Below are positions 42,106-51,678 of a DNA stretch of 64,000 nt, piece by piece. The DNA is taken from the NCBI GenBank assembly GCA_965261975.1, contig CBDHEC010000024.1, positions 32,001 to 96,000 of the forward strand, read 5' to 3'. Made by a program: the position numbers and the translations under genes. Within the stretch, counting starts at the first letter, position 1. The number at the start of each line of letters is the position of its first letter. Below the pieces are notes generated by a model, which had not been told where the DNA came from, did no database searches, and saw only the letters and a list, made by a program, of their open reading frames with translations. The stretch is from Alphaproteobacteria bacterium. Lineage in GTDB: Bacteria > Pseudomonadota > Alphaproteobacteria > UBA6615.

Positions 42106-43278
42106 CTACATCTTGCACTGGCTGGCATAGGGGTCCTGATGATCGGTCAGAACCGCACGGCCCACGGCGGTGGTCCAGTTGCCTTCGGCATCCTTGACCA
42201 CGGTTCGCTCGTAGAAGTTCTGGATGGGGAAGTGATTGTTGCCCATCTTGAAGTCACCGCGGATCGAATCGAAGTCTGCCTTCTTCAGCGCGGCGCGCAT
42301 CCCGTCGGTATTGCCGATATCGCCGCTCACGGCCTCGACCGCCGACTTGATGAACATGATCGAGTCGTAGCTCTGCGCGGCATAGAAGGACGGGTAACGC
42401 CCATACTTCTTGCGGAAGTCGCCAACGAACTTCTTGTTCGCCGCATTGTCCAGATCAGGTGCCCAGAACTGGGTCATCTTGGTGCCCAGCACGGTCTCCA
42501 TGCCGGCCTTCTGGAACAGCGGCAGGCTGATCGAATCCAGCGTGTAGACCGAGTAGAGCGGCACCTGGCCCTCGAGCCCCGCCTGCTGATACTGCTTGAT
42601 GAAGGCCGGTCCGGCCGGACCAGGATAGAAGGTGAAGACACCGTCCGGCTTGGCCGCCTTGACCTTGGACAGCTCGGCCGACCAGTCCCGCTGGGACGGC
42701 CAGACGGTCATGTCCTTGCCGACGACCTTGCCCTTGAAGGTGCGTTCGACGCCCGCGACCATGTTCTGGCCGGCGGCATAGTTCGGCGCGACCAGGTAGA
42801 GGGACTCGACCCCCTGCTGGTTGAGCAGTTCACCGAGCGCCATCGGGGTCTGGTCATTCTGCCAGGCGATGTTGAAGAAGTTCGCATTGCACTGCGCACC
42901 GGCGAGCGGCGACGGCCCCGCATTGGCGCTGATCAGGATCTTGTCGGCGTTGAGCACGACGGGTGCAGAGGCAAGCAACACGTTCGACCAGATGTAACCG
43001 GCGACGATGTCGACATCGTCGCGCAACACCAGGCGCTCGGTCGCTTGTTTGCCTTTCTGCGAATTGAACTCATCGTCAGCGTAGACGATCTCGACATCCT
43101 CGCCGGCCATCTTGCCACCGATATGTTCCATCGCCAGTTCGACGGCATCGCGCATGTCCTTGCCGATGACCGCCACGGGCGTCGTCAGCGTGGTCACGAA
43201 ACCGATCTTGATATCCGCAGCAGCCGGTGACGCCAGAAGCGTCAGGGCCGTGGCTGTTCCCAGTAATTTCTTGAGCAT
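42106..43278 (-). CDS. ABC substrate-binding protein, aromatic-acid-binding PBP1 subfamily
   Basis: Signal peptide, WSNVLLA, SANAGPS.LAG..C, WQNDQ, APNYAAG; context next to benzoate-CoA ligase. Confidence 0.85.
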   Translation of the reverse strand: MLKKLLGTATALTLLASPAAADIKIGFVTTLTTPVAVIGKDMRDAVELAMEHIGGKMAGEDVEIVYADDEFNSQKGKQATERLVLRDDVDIVAGYIWSNVLLASAPVVLNADKILISANAGPSPLAGAQCNANFFNIAWQNDQTPMALGELLNQQGVESLYLVAPNYAAGQNMVAGVERTFKGKVVGKDMTVWPSQRDWSAELSKVKAAKPDGVFTFYPGPAGPAFIKQYQQAGLEGQVPLYSVYTLDSISLPLFQKAGMETVLGTKMTQFWAPDLDNAANKKFVGDFRKKYGRYPSFYAAQSYDSIMFIKSAVEAVSGDIGNTDGMRAALKKADFDSIRGDFKMGNNHFPIQNFYERTVVKDAEGNWTTAVGRAVLTDHQDPYASQCKM

Positions 43279-43366
43279 TTTCAACTCCTCCCTAGAGATT
43301 TTCCCTATGAGACCATATCGCCCGACCGATGGAAAGCGCCGTGCGTGTCCGTCTTTCGGGGGAGTT

Positions 43367-43768
43367 CTATTTTTGCGGCAAAACCGCTGTCGCCTCGATC
43401 TCGACTCGCGCGCGATCTTCCACCAGCGCGGACACCTCGACGACCGACATGGCGGGGAAATGACGGCCCATGACCGACCGGTAGAACCCACCAACCCCCT
43501 TTGGGTTCTCCAGGTAAGCCTGCTTGTCGGTCACGAACCATGTCAGGCGGGTGATATGTTCGGGAAGGCCACCCGCCTCGGCCAGGACCGCGCGCACATT
43601 CTCCAGCGCCTGGCCGACCTGGGCGGCGAAATCGTCGGTCTCGAAGTGACCCGTCTCGGGGTTCCAGCCAATCTGGCCGCCGACAAATACGAGGCGCCCC
43701 GTCGCCGCCATGCCGTTGGCATAGCCTTTCGGCGGCACCCAGTTTTCCGGTTGAAGAATCTCGATCAT
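43367..43768 (-). CDS. RidA/YjgF family enamine/imine deaminase (abm-cluster type)
   Basis: LQPENW.PPKGYANG, GGQIGWN, G.HFPAMS...V.ALVE.RA.VEIEATA; start at ATG 43768. Confidence 0.9.
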   Translation of the reverse strand: MIEILQPENWVPPKGYANGMAATGRLVFVGGQIGWNPETGHFETDDFAAQVGQALENVRAVLAEAGGLPEHITRLTWFVTDKQAYLENPKGVGGFYRSVMGRHFPAMSVVEVSALVEDRARVEIEATAVLPQK

Positions 43769-43792
43769 CGCGCTTGATATTTCATCTCTATA

Positions 43793-43810
43793 TATTTTAA
43801 TTCTAAAATA
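43793..43810. promoter_or_regulatory. Palindromic operator in an AT-rich divergent promoter, probably bound by the MarR protein
   Basis: TATTTTA-attc-TAAAATA, a perfect 7-4-7 inverted repeat in a strongly AT-rich patch between ridA and the SDR-marR operon. Confidence 0.7.
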
Positions 43811-43836
43811 ATAATAGAGCGGAGCACAAGCGTAGG

Positions 43837-44616
43837 ATGACCACACCCCTGGACGGGAAACTGGCGATTGTTACCGGCGGCGGGCGCGGCATCGGCCGCG
43901 AAATCGCGCTGGCCCTCGCCAAGCGCGGCGCCAATATCGCGCTGCTCGGCCGTACCGAGCGCAGCCTCAAGGAGACCGCCGTCGAGATTCGCCTGCAGTC
44001 CGAGGTCTCGCCCCATGTGCATACGCTCGACGTCACCAACGGCGATGGTGTCGTGCAGACGTTCACGGAGCTGATCGCCGAACTGGGCCCACCCGCCATC
44101 CTGGTCAACAACGCGGGTGGTGCCGAGAGCACACCGTTCACGCGGCTCGACCGGGAAAGCTGGGACGGAGCATTGGCTCTCAACCTGACCAGCGTCTACG
44201 CCTGCACGCACGCGGTCCTCCCCGCCATGCTCGACGCAGGCTATGGGCGAATCATCAACATCGCATCGACCGCGGGGCTGGAAGGCTACCCCTATGTGGC
44301 CGCCTATTGCGCCGCCAAGCACGGTGTCGTCGGCCTGACCCGGTCGCTGGCGCTTGAAGTCGAGAACAAGGGAATTACCGTCAACGCCGTGTGCCCCGGC
44401 TATACGGACACCGAAATGCTGCAGGCGGCCATCCGCAAGATCGCCGCGACCACCGGCCGGTCCGAAGCCGACGCGCGCGACGAACTCGCGGCCGCCAACG
44501 CCGGCGGGCGCCTGGTCCAGCCGGGTGAAGTTGCGGAGATGGTCGCAGCCCTGTGCGGCCCGGCGGCGAAAACGGTGACAGGACAGGCGATTGAAATCAC
44601 CGGCGAGGATTCGTGA
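43837..44616 (+). CDS. SDR family oxidoreductase (3-hydroxyacyl-CoA dehydrogenase-like, abm-cluster type)
   Basis: TGGGRGIG, NNAG, ASTAGL.GYPYVAAYCAAKHG, NAVCPGYTDT. Confidence 0.9.
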   Translation: MTTPLDGKLAIVTGGGRGIGREIALALAKRGANIALLGRTERSLKETAVEIRLQSEVSPHVHTLDVTNGDGVVQTFTELIAELGPPAILVNNAGGAESTPFTRLDRESWDGALALNLTSVYACTHAVLPAMLDAGYGRIINIASTAGLEGYPYVAAYCAAKHGVVGLTRSLALEVENKGITVNAVCPGYTDTEMLQAAIRKIAATTGRSEADARDELAAANAGGRLVQPGEVAEMVAALCGPAAKTVTGQAIEITGEDS

Positions 44617-45110
44617 TGCCCGACGGCGTTCCTCAAGGTGATCTCGAGACAGGCCTGACGGCCGACGATCGGCTCGACCTGCGGACCTGGTTGCGCCTGA
44701 TGACCTGCACCAACATGATCGAGGGTGAAGTCCGCGCCCGGTTGCGCAGCCGTTTCGACATTTCAATCGCCCGCTTCGACTTGCTTGCCCAGCTCGACCG
44801 GGCGAATGGCGGCCTCACCATGGGCGAACTGTCGCGTCGCCTGATGGTCACCAACGGCAACGTCACATCGCTGATCGATCGCCTCGTCGAGGAGAAGATG
44901 GTCACCCGGCGCCCGGACCCGAACGACAGGCGGGCGCAGATCATCGAGCTCACGCCCGGCGGCGCACGGGCCTTCGCGAAGATGTCGGATGCCCATGCCG
45001 ACTGGATCAGCACGCTCTTCGAGGGTGTCGACCGGAGGAGCCTCGAAGCGCTCTATCGTAATCTCGCCCAGCTCAAGGCGTCCCTCGCCACCACCAACGA
45101 GGACAGCTGA
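44616..45110 (+). CDS. MarR family transcriptional regulator
   Basis: LRTWLRLMTC, RFDLLAQL, MGELSRRLMVTNGNVT, DRRA. Confidence 0.93.
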   Translation: MPDGVPQGDLETGLTADDRLDLRTWLRLMTCTNMIEGEVRARLRSRFDISIARFDLLAQLDRANGGLTMGELSRRLMVTNGNVTSLIDRLVEEKMVTRRPDPNDRRAQIIELTPGGARAFAKMSDAHADWISTLFEGVDRRSLEALYRNLAQLKASLATTNEDS

Positions 45111-45112
45111 TC

Positions 45113-46573
45113 ATGTGGCGCCCGCCCGAACGTATCCGCTGGGAGCCCGACCCCGGGGAATGGCCGGCCGCAGACGAAGCCGGCGCCGCGATGCTGTTCC
45201 AGCCGGTTGATATCGGCCCCATCGCGCTGGATTCCCGCACCTGGGTCCCCGCCATGGTGCCATGGCGGGCAACCGGCGAGGGCGAGGTGACCGACAATGT
45301 GCTCGACTGGTATGGCCGCTTCGCGCGCGGGCGCCCCGGCGCCATCGTCGTCGAAGCGACGGGCATCCGGGATATTCCCTCGGGGCCGCTGTTGCGGATC
45401 GGAGATGATCGCTACATTCCCGGACTGACCAGGCTCGCCGAGACCGTCCGCCGGGAGAGCGACGGCCACACGAAGCTGTTTATCCAGCTGATCGACTTCC
45501 TCGCCGTCCGCCGCCGCCCCGACCCGGCAAAATATTTCGAGCGATTCCTCGCGATCACCGACCGGCACCGCGATGCATTGAATGCAAGTGACTGGCCCGA
45601 AGAGACAATCCGCACCCACCTGGCGGGCCTGCCCGAGGACGAGCTCGCCGATGTGCTCACCCCGCGCGAACGCGAATCCCTGCACCAGGGCTACCGCGAG
45701 CGGGTGACCGATACCGACCTGCCCCAGATCGCCGAATTGCCCTTCGTCCTGCCCGGGCTGTTCGCCGATGCCGCCCGGCGCGCGCGCGAGGCCGGGTTCG
45801 ACGGGGTCGAGCTGCATTACGCCCACGCCTACACCATGGCCTCGTTCCTCTCGGCCCTGAACACCCGCGCGGACGGCTATGGCGGATCGCGCGAGAACCG
45901 CGCGCGGCTGCCGCTCGAGGTGTATGCCGCCGTGCGCGCCGCCGTGGGCGAGGATTACGTGGTCGGCACGCGGTTTCTGGCCGAAGACTGCATCGACGGC
46001 GGCAACGAGGTCGTGGATGCCGCCTATTTCGGGTCGGCGTTTGCGCGCGCCGGCTTCGATGTGCTGTCGCTATCGCGCGGCGGCAAGTTCGAGGATGCCA
46101 AGCGGCCGGCGGTGGGCCAGGCGGCCTATCCCTACACGGGCCCCAGCGGATACGAGTGCATGCCGCAATATATCTCCGACGCGCGGGGGCCGTTTGGCCG
46201 AAACATCGAGCCCGTGTCGGCGATCCGCAAGGCGGTGCGCGACGCGGGCTGCGGTACGCCGGTGGTCCTGACCGGCGGCATCCACGGGTTCCGCCAGGCC
46301 GAGGATATCCTGCAGGCGGACCAGGCCGATATCATCGGCTTCGCCCGCCAGAGCCTCGCCGACCCGGACTGGTTCCGGAAGGTCCGCGGCGGTCATGGCG
46401 GGGCGGTCCGGGTGTGTGAGTACACGAACTACTGCGAGGCACTGGACCAGAAGCATGTGCCCGTCACCTGCCAGCTGTGGGACCGGAAAAACCTGGACGA
46501 ACCCGGCATCGCCAAGACGGAAGACGGCAAGCGGCGGTTGGTCGCCCCCGAATGGGAGCCGAACGACAGCTAG
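45113..46573 (+). CDS. NADH:flavin oxidoreductase (old yellow enzyme family), standalone
   Basis: PAMVPW, VVEATG, AGFDGVELHYAHAY...FLS..N.R.DGYGGSRENR, GFARQSLADPDW, C-terminal CEYTNYC-x11-C. Confidence 0.88.
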   Translation: MWRPPERIRWEPDPGEWPAADEAGAAMLFQPVDIGPIALDSRTWVPAMVPWRATGEGEVTDNVLDWYGRFARGRPGAIVVEATGIRDIPSGPLLRIGDDRYIPGLTRLAETVRRESDGHTKLFIQLIDFLAVRRRPDPAKYFERFLAITDRHRDALNASDWPEETIRTHLAGLPEDELADVLTPRERESLHQGYRERVTDTDLPQIAELPFVLPGLFADAARRAREAGFDGVELHYAHAYTMASFLSALNTRADGYGGSRENRARLPLEVYAAVRAAVGEDYVVGTRFLAEDCIDGGNEVVDAAYFGSAFARAGFDVLSLSRGGKFEDAKRPAVGQAAYPYTGPSGYECMPQYISDARGPFGRNIEPVSAIRKAVRDAGCGTPVVLTGGIHGFRQAEDILQADQADIIGFARQSLADPDWFRKVRGGHGGAVRVCEYTNYCEALDQKHVPVTCQLWDRKNLDEPGIAKTEDGKRRLVAPEWEPNDS

Positions 46574-48663
46574 CGGGTGAAGCTGCCGCCCTCGGCTACC
46601 AGACGCTCCAGCAGGGGCGACGGGGCCCAGAGTTTGCCGTGAACCTTCTCGAACGCCTTGATCTGGTCGAGAATCTCGCCCAACCCGATCTCATCGGCCA
46701 TGAACATGATGCCGCCGCGCCAGCGCGGGAAGGCGAAGCCGTAGAGCCACATCACATCGATGTCCGAGGCGCGGCTGGCGATACCCTCGTCGAGAATCTT
46801 GGCCCCCTCGTTGATCGCCGCGTACAGACAGCGCGCGCGGATCTCGTCGTCGGAGATATCCCGGCGTGCGATGCCCTGCTCCTTCGCCACGGCCGCCGCG
46901 ACGCCCTCGACCTCCGGGTCGGGCTGCGGCCGCCGCCCGCCCTCTTCATAGGCATACCAGCCCTGCCCGGCCTTGATGCCGAATCGGCCGAGCTCGCACA
47001 TCCGGTCGGCCAGATGCATGTAGCGCGCATCCGGATCGCGTTGATCGGCGAGGGACTGGCGCATCCGCCAGCTCACATCGAGGCCTGACAGGTCGCTCAC
47101 CGCGAGCGGGCCCATGGGCATGCCCAGATCGGTCAGTACCTTGTCCACCTGGGCCGGTGACGCCCCCTCCTCGACCAGGAACGTGGCTTCCCGGACCAGC
47201 GGAAGACGCGAGCGGTTGGCGACGAAGCCATGGCAGACGCCCGCCAGCACGCCGACCTTGCCGGTGCGCTTGGCCAGCGCCATCCCCGTGGCGATGGCGT
47301 CGGGCGCACAGTTCGCCGGGCGCACCACCTCGAGCATGCGCATCACGTTGGCGGGTGCGAAGTAATGCAGGCCGATGATGTCTTCGGGCCGCGACGTGGC
47401 CGCCGCGATGGCATCGATATCCATATACGACGTGTTGGTGGCGAGGATCGCACCGGGCTTGGCGACTTTCTCCAGGGCACCGAAAATCTGCTTCTTCACG
47501 TCCATATCCTCGAACGCGACCTCGATGACGAGGTCGGCGTCCGACAGGGCGCCATAGTCCAGCGCACCGGAAATGCGTCCGAGGCGTTCGTCCTTCGTGG
47601 CCGTGTCGATCCGGCCCCGCGCCACCATCGCCTCGTAGAGCTTCGCGATCTCGGCCAAAGCCGCATCCAGCGCCTCCTGGCCGGTCTCGACGATGGTCAC
47701 GGGGAGGCCCGAATCCGCCAGGCTGATGGCGATGCCGCGGCCCATGGTGCCCGCGCCGATCACGCCTGCACTGTCGATCGGACGCGGGGCAACATCCTTG
47801 CCGATGTCGGGAATCTTCGCCGCCTCGCGCTCGGCGAAGAAGGCGTAGCGCAGGGCTGCCGACTGGCCACTCGTCTTGCAGGCCTCGAACCGCACACGGT
47901 CCGCCGCCACCGCATCCGGGTACGGCATGCGCAGCCCGTCGATGACGCTCTCGATGGCCTGATGGGGCGAATCCTGGCCGCGAAAGCGACGGTTGGCGAG
48001 GTCGCGATATTTCTCGATGGTCTCGGCATGTTCCTCCGGCGAGCCGATCCCGTTTTGCGGTTCGCTGGAGATTTGGCGCGGCGTGCCGTCGGACAGGATC
48101 TTCTCGGCAAACGCGACGGCTCCGTCGCGCAGATCGCCTTCGATGATTTCGTCGATGATCCCGTATTCGAGCGCCTTGGCGGCCCCGACGGGTTTTCCCA
48201 GAACGATCAGCTCGAGCGCGTGGTCCAGCCCGGCCACCCGCGGCAGGCGCTGTGTCCCGGCCGCTCCGGGAAATATCCCGAGATTGACCTCGGGCGTGCC
48301 GACCCGCGCGCTCGAAGACGCGACGCGGAAATGACAACCCAGGGCCAGCTCCAGCCCGCCGCCGAGCGCGGTCCCGTGGATCGCGGCGACGATGGGTTTC
48401 TCGATGTCGTCGAGCCGGTCGATCACCGTCATCAGATGGGGTTCGCGCGCCGGCTGGTCGAACTCTCGGATGTCCGCGCCGGCGGGAAACGTGCGCCCCG
48501 CGCCGATCAACACGATGGCCTCGACGGATGCATCGGCAACCGCACGTTCCATCCCGGCGACGATACCCTCGCGCACCGCGTGACCCAGCGCGTTGACCGG
48601 CGGGTTGTCGATGGTCAGGACAGCGACCCGTCCCGCGATCTCATAGCTCACAACGTCACTCAT
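46570..48663 (-). CDS. Bifunctional enoyl-CoA hydratase / 3-hydroxyacyl-CoA dehydrogenase (FadB-like)
   Basis: NPPVNAL, AGADI, GGGLE, PEV, GAGTMG, NTS, GLHYFAP. Confidence 0.93.
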   Translation of the reverse strand: MSDVVSYEIAGRVAVLTIDNPPVNALGHAVREGIVAGMERAVADASVEAIVLIGAGRTFPAGADIREFDQPAREPHLMTVIDRLDDIEKPIVAAIHGTALGGGLELALGCHFRVASSSARVGTPEVNLGIFPGAAGTQRLPRVAGLDHALELIVLGKPVGAAKALEYGIIDEIIEGDLRDGAVAFAEKILSDGTPRQISSEPQNGIGSPEEHAETIEKYRDLANRRFRGQDSPHQAIESVIDGLRMPYPDAVAADRVRFEACKTSGQSAALRYAFFAEREAAKIPDIGKDVAPRPIDSAGVIGAGTMGRGIAISLADSGLPVTIVETGQEALDAALAEIAKLYEAMVARGRIDTATKDERLGRISGALDYGALSDADLVIEVAFEDMDVKKQIFGALEKVAKPGAILATNTSYMDIDAIAAATSRPEDIIGLHYFAPANVMRMLEVVRPANCAPDAIATGMALAKRTGKVGVLAGVCHGFVANRSRLPLVREATFLVEEGASPAQVDKVLTDLGMPMGPLAVSDLSGLDVSWRMRQSLADQRDPDARYMHLADRMCELGRFGIKAGQGWYAYEEGGRRPQPDPEVEGVAAAVAKEQGIARRDISDDEIRARCLYAAINEGAKILDEGIASRASDIDVMWLYGFAFPRWRGGIMFMADEIGLGEILDQIKAFEKVHGKLWAPSPLLERLVAEGGSFTR

Positions 48664-48780
48664 ATCCGTCCCCTGATTCCCGCATACGCCTGTGCTAATT
48701 CTGTGGTCTAATTTCATTCCAGGCGGCAGTGACCAATATGATGCGCAGACCCGCGCGGCCGGTCAAACGGAGCAAGAAAA

Positions 48781-49263
48781 TTGTCTCATTACGGACACCC
48801 CGATGAATTTCTCGACAAGGTCGGCCAAGAACTCGGCGTCAGCGACTGGGTCCTGATCGACCAGGCGCAGATCGATGCCTTCGCCGAGGTCACCAACGAC
48901 CATCAATGGCTGCATGTGGACCCCGAGCGCGCCGCGACCGAAATGCCCACCGGCACGACGATTGCCCATGGCTTCCTCGTGCTGTCGCTGATCCCGGGGC
49001 TGAGCTACCCGTTCTTCCAGGTCGACAACCTCGCCCACACCATCAATTACGGGCTCAACAAGGTGCGCTTCACGGCCATGGTGCCGGTCAACTCGCGGGT
49101 CCGCCTGCGCCAGTCCCTGGCCAGCGCGGAGAAGCGCCCCGACGGCAGCGTGCATCTCGTCCTCGACGGCGTCATCGAACTCGAAGGCAGCGAACGGCCC
49201 GCCGTGGTCACCCAGACCGTCCGCCTGCTGTTCCCCGAACCCATCGGGGCCACCTCACAATGA
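48781..49263 (+). CDS. MaoC family (R)-specific dehydratase
   Basis: FAEVTNDHQWLHVDP, TIAHGFL.LS, NYGLNKVRF; TTG start after GGAG. Confidence 0.9.
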   Translation: MSHYGHPDEFLDKVGQELGVSDWVLIDQAQIDAFAEVTNDHQWLHVDPERAATEMPTGTTIAHGFLVLSLIPGLSYPFFQVDNLAHTINYGLNKVRFTAMVPVNSRVRLRQSLASAEKRPDGSVHLVLDGVIELEGSERPAVVTQTVRLLFPEPIGATSQ

Positions 49264-50333
49264 GTACCGCTGCGCGTACTTTCTCACGCACCGACCAGGT
49301 CGTGCCCGTGCTCGAACAGCACCGTTTCGACGATGCACCACTGGTCACGTGGATGGCCGCCAACATCGAAGGCTTCGAAGGCCCGCTCGAGCTGGCGCAA
49401 TTCCAGGGCGGCATGTCGAACCCGACCTTCCTGCTGACCGACGCGAACGGCCGGCGCTACGTGCTGCGCAAGAAGCCGCCGGGCGAGCTGCTGCCGTCGG
49501 CCCACGCGGTCGACCGGGAGCACCGGATCACCTCGGCCCTGGCGGATACGGACGTACCGGTCGTGCGAACCCTGGCGCTGTGCGAGGACACGTCCATCGT
49601 CGGCACCGAGTTCTTCCTGATGGACCATGCCGACGGCCGCGTGTTCCACGACCCCTCCCTGCCGGACCTGACGCCGGATGAGCGCGCCGCGGTCTCGGCC
49701 TCGATGATCGAAACACTCGCCGCCCTCCACCAGGTGGATTTCGAAGCGGTGGGCCTGGGCGACTATGGCCGGATCGGCGGTTACATGGGCCGCCAGGTGG
49801 CACGCTGGTCGAAGCAGTATGAGGCGTCCAAGACCGACGAGCTGGCCGAGATGGACCATCTCATGGCCTGGCTGCCCGACAACATGCCCGACGACAGCGA
49901 GACGACCATCGTCCATGGCGACTTCCGGCTGGAAAACCTGATCATCGCCCATGACGAACCCAAGGTGATCGCGGTGCTGGACTGGGAGCTCTCGACCTTG
50001 GGCCATCCGCTCTCGGACCTGGCTTATAACTGCCTGCCCTACCACTGGCCGGAGGAATCCTTCGGCGACATGCGCGGGCTCGACCCGACGACCCCGGGCA
50101 TTCCATCAGTCGACGACTATGTCGCCGCCTATTGCCGGCATACCGGACGCGGCGAGATCGAGAACTGGAACTTCTACCTGGTGCTCTCCCTGTTCCGCCT
50201 CGCGGCGATCATCCAGGGCGTCTATTACCGCGGGCTGCAGGGCAACGCCTCGTCGCCCGAGGCGCTGCTGCGCCGGGATCTGACCCGCCAGCTGTCGATC
50301 AGGGCCTGGGGGTTGGTGGAGGCGGGCGACTAG
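49260..50333 (+). CDS. APH-family phosphotransferase (ACAD10/11 kinase domain / LvaA-like)
   Basis: QFQGGMSNPT, LRKKPPGELLPSAHAVDRE, HGDFRLEN, LDWELSTLGHP; ATGA overlap with maoC. Confidence 0.9.
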   Translation: MSTAARTFSRTDQVVPVLEQHRFDDAPLVTWMAANIEGFEGPLELAQFQGGMSNPTFLLTDANGRRYVLRKKPPGELLPSAHAVDREHRITSALADTDVPVVRTLALCEDTSIVGTEFFLMDHADGRVFHDPSLPDLTPDERAAVSASMIETLAALHQVDFEAVGLGDYGRIGGYMGRQVARWSKQYEASKTDELAEMDHLMAWLPDNMPDDSETTIVHGDFRLENLIIAHDEPKVIAVLDWELSTLGHPLSDLAYNCLPYHWPEESFGDMRGLDPTTPGIPSVDDYVAAYCRHTGRGEIENWNFYLVLSLFRLAAIIQGVYYRGLQGNASSPEALLRRDLTRQLSIRAWGLVEAGD

Positions 50334-51577
50334 TCCCCGCCGCCGGCCAGTTCGAGCATCGCGCCCAGCAGAACCTGGCCGCCGGCGCTCACCCATTCGG
50401 GCTTCGCATCCTCGATTTCGTTGTGGCTGATGCCGTCGACGCAAGGGATGAAGATCATCGACGTCGGCGCGACCGCCGCCACGTTGCAGGCATCGTGACC
50501 CGCACCCGAGATGATATCGCGGGCCGACAATTCCCGGCTCGCGGCGGCATTGCGCACCGCGGTTACGCAGCGCTCGGCGAAGACAATCGGCTCGATATAG
50601 AAGATTTCCTCGAATTCGCTCTCGAGGCCTATCTCGGCGACGATGTCTTTCATGCCCGCATGCAGCTTCGCGTCCATATCGCGCAGGATGTCGTCGTCGG
50701 GATGGCGAAACTCCGCGGTCATGAAGACCTGGCCCGGGATGACGTTCCGCGAGTTGGGATAGGATTCGATCATGCCCACGGTCGAGCGCGCATCGGGCGC
50801 ATTGTCCATGCCGATCCGGTGGACCAGCTCGACGATTCGCGCCGCGCCGACCAGCGCATCGCGGCGACGCTCCATGGGCGTGGTACCGGCATGGGATTCC
50901 TGGCCGGTTAGCGTGATCTCGTACCAGCGTTGACCCTGGGCCCCGGTGACGACGCCGATGGAGATGTCCTCATCCTCGAGGATCGGCCCCTGCTCGATAT
51001 GCGCCTCGACATAGGCGTGCAGGTCGCGGCCGCCGACGGGTTGATCGCCGGCATAGCCGATTCGTTCAAGCTCCTCGCCGATGGTCTTGCCGTCCACATC
51101 GGCACGCGACAGTCCGTGTTCCAACGTGTGCTGGCCGCCGAAGACGCCGGACGAGATCATGGCCGGCGCGAACCGGCTGCCCTCCTCGTTGGTCCAGCAG
51201 ACAACCTCGATGGGGTGCTCGGTCTCATAGTCCAGATCGTTGAGGCTGCGGATCACCTCGAGGCCCGCGAGCACGCCGTAAATCCCGTCGAACTTCCCGC
51301 CGGTCGGCTGCGTGTCCAGGTGGCTGCCGGTCACCACGGGTGGCAGGGAATCATCCCGCCCGGCGCGGCGGGCAAAGATATTGCCCATCTGGTCCACGCT
51401 CACGGTGCAACCGGCCGCCTTGCACCAGTCGACGAACAGGTCCCGCGCCTCTCGGTCGAGATCGGTGAGCGCCAGGCGGCGGCTGCCGCCCTTCTCGGTC
51501 GGGCCGATCTCGGCGATGTCCATGATGCTCTGCCAAAGACGATCTCCGTCGATGGAAAGGTTGCGCGGTTCATTCAT
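50330..51577 (-). CDS. Zn-dependent N-carbamoyl-amino-acid hydrolase (beta-ureidopropionase/HyuC, M20 family)
   Basis: GSHLDTQPTGGKFDG, WTNEEGSRF, HIEQGP, HAGTTPM, SGAGHDA, GISHN. Confidence 0.9.
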   Translation of the reverse strand: MNEPRNLSIDGDRLWQSIMDIAEIGPTEKGGSRRLALTDLDREARDLFVDWCKAAGCTVSVDQMGNIFARRAGRDDSLPPVVTGSHLDTQPTGGKFDGIYGVLAGLEVIRSLNDLDYETEHPIEVVCWTNEEGSRFAPAMISSGVFGGQHTLEHGLSRADVDGKTIGEELERIGYAGDQPVGGRDLHAYVEAHIEQGPILEDEDISIGVVTGAQGQRWYEITLTGQESHAGTTPMERRRDALVGAARIVELVHRIGMDNAPDARSTVGMIESYPNSRNVIPGQVFMTAEFRHPDDDILRDMDAKLHAGMKDIVAEIGLESEFEEIFYIEPIVFAERCVTAVRNAAASRELSARDIISGAGHDACNVAAVAPTSMIFIPCVDGISHNEIEDAKPEWVSAGGQVLLGAMLELAGGGD

Positions 51578-51678
51578 GGCGGGCATTCCGGGATGGGGTG
51601 GGAGAAGCGGTTTCGCCCATGATACCTTTTCCGGCCCCTTCCTCACAGATCACGTTCGCACTGACTGGGTTGCAATAA

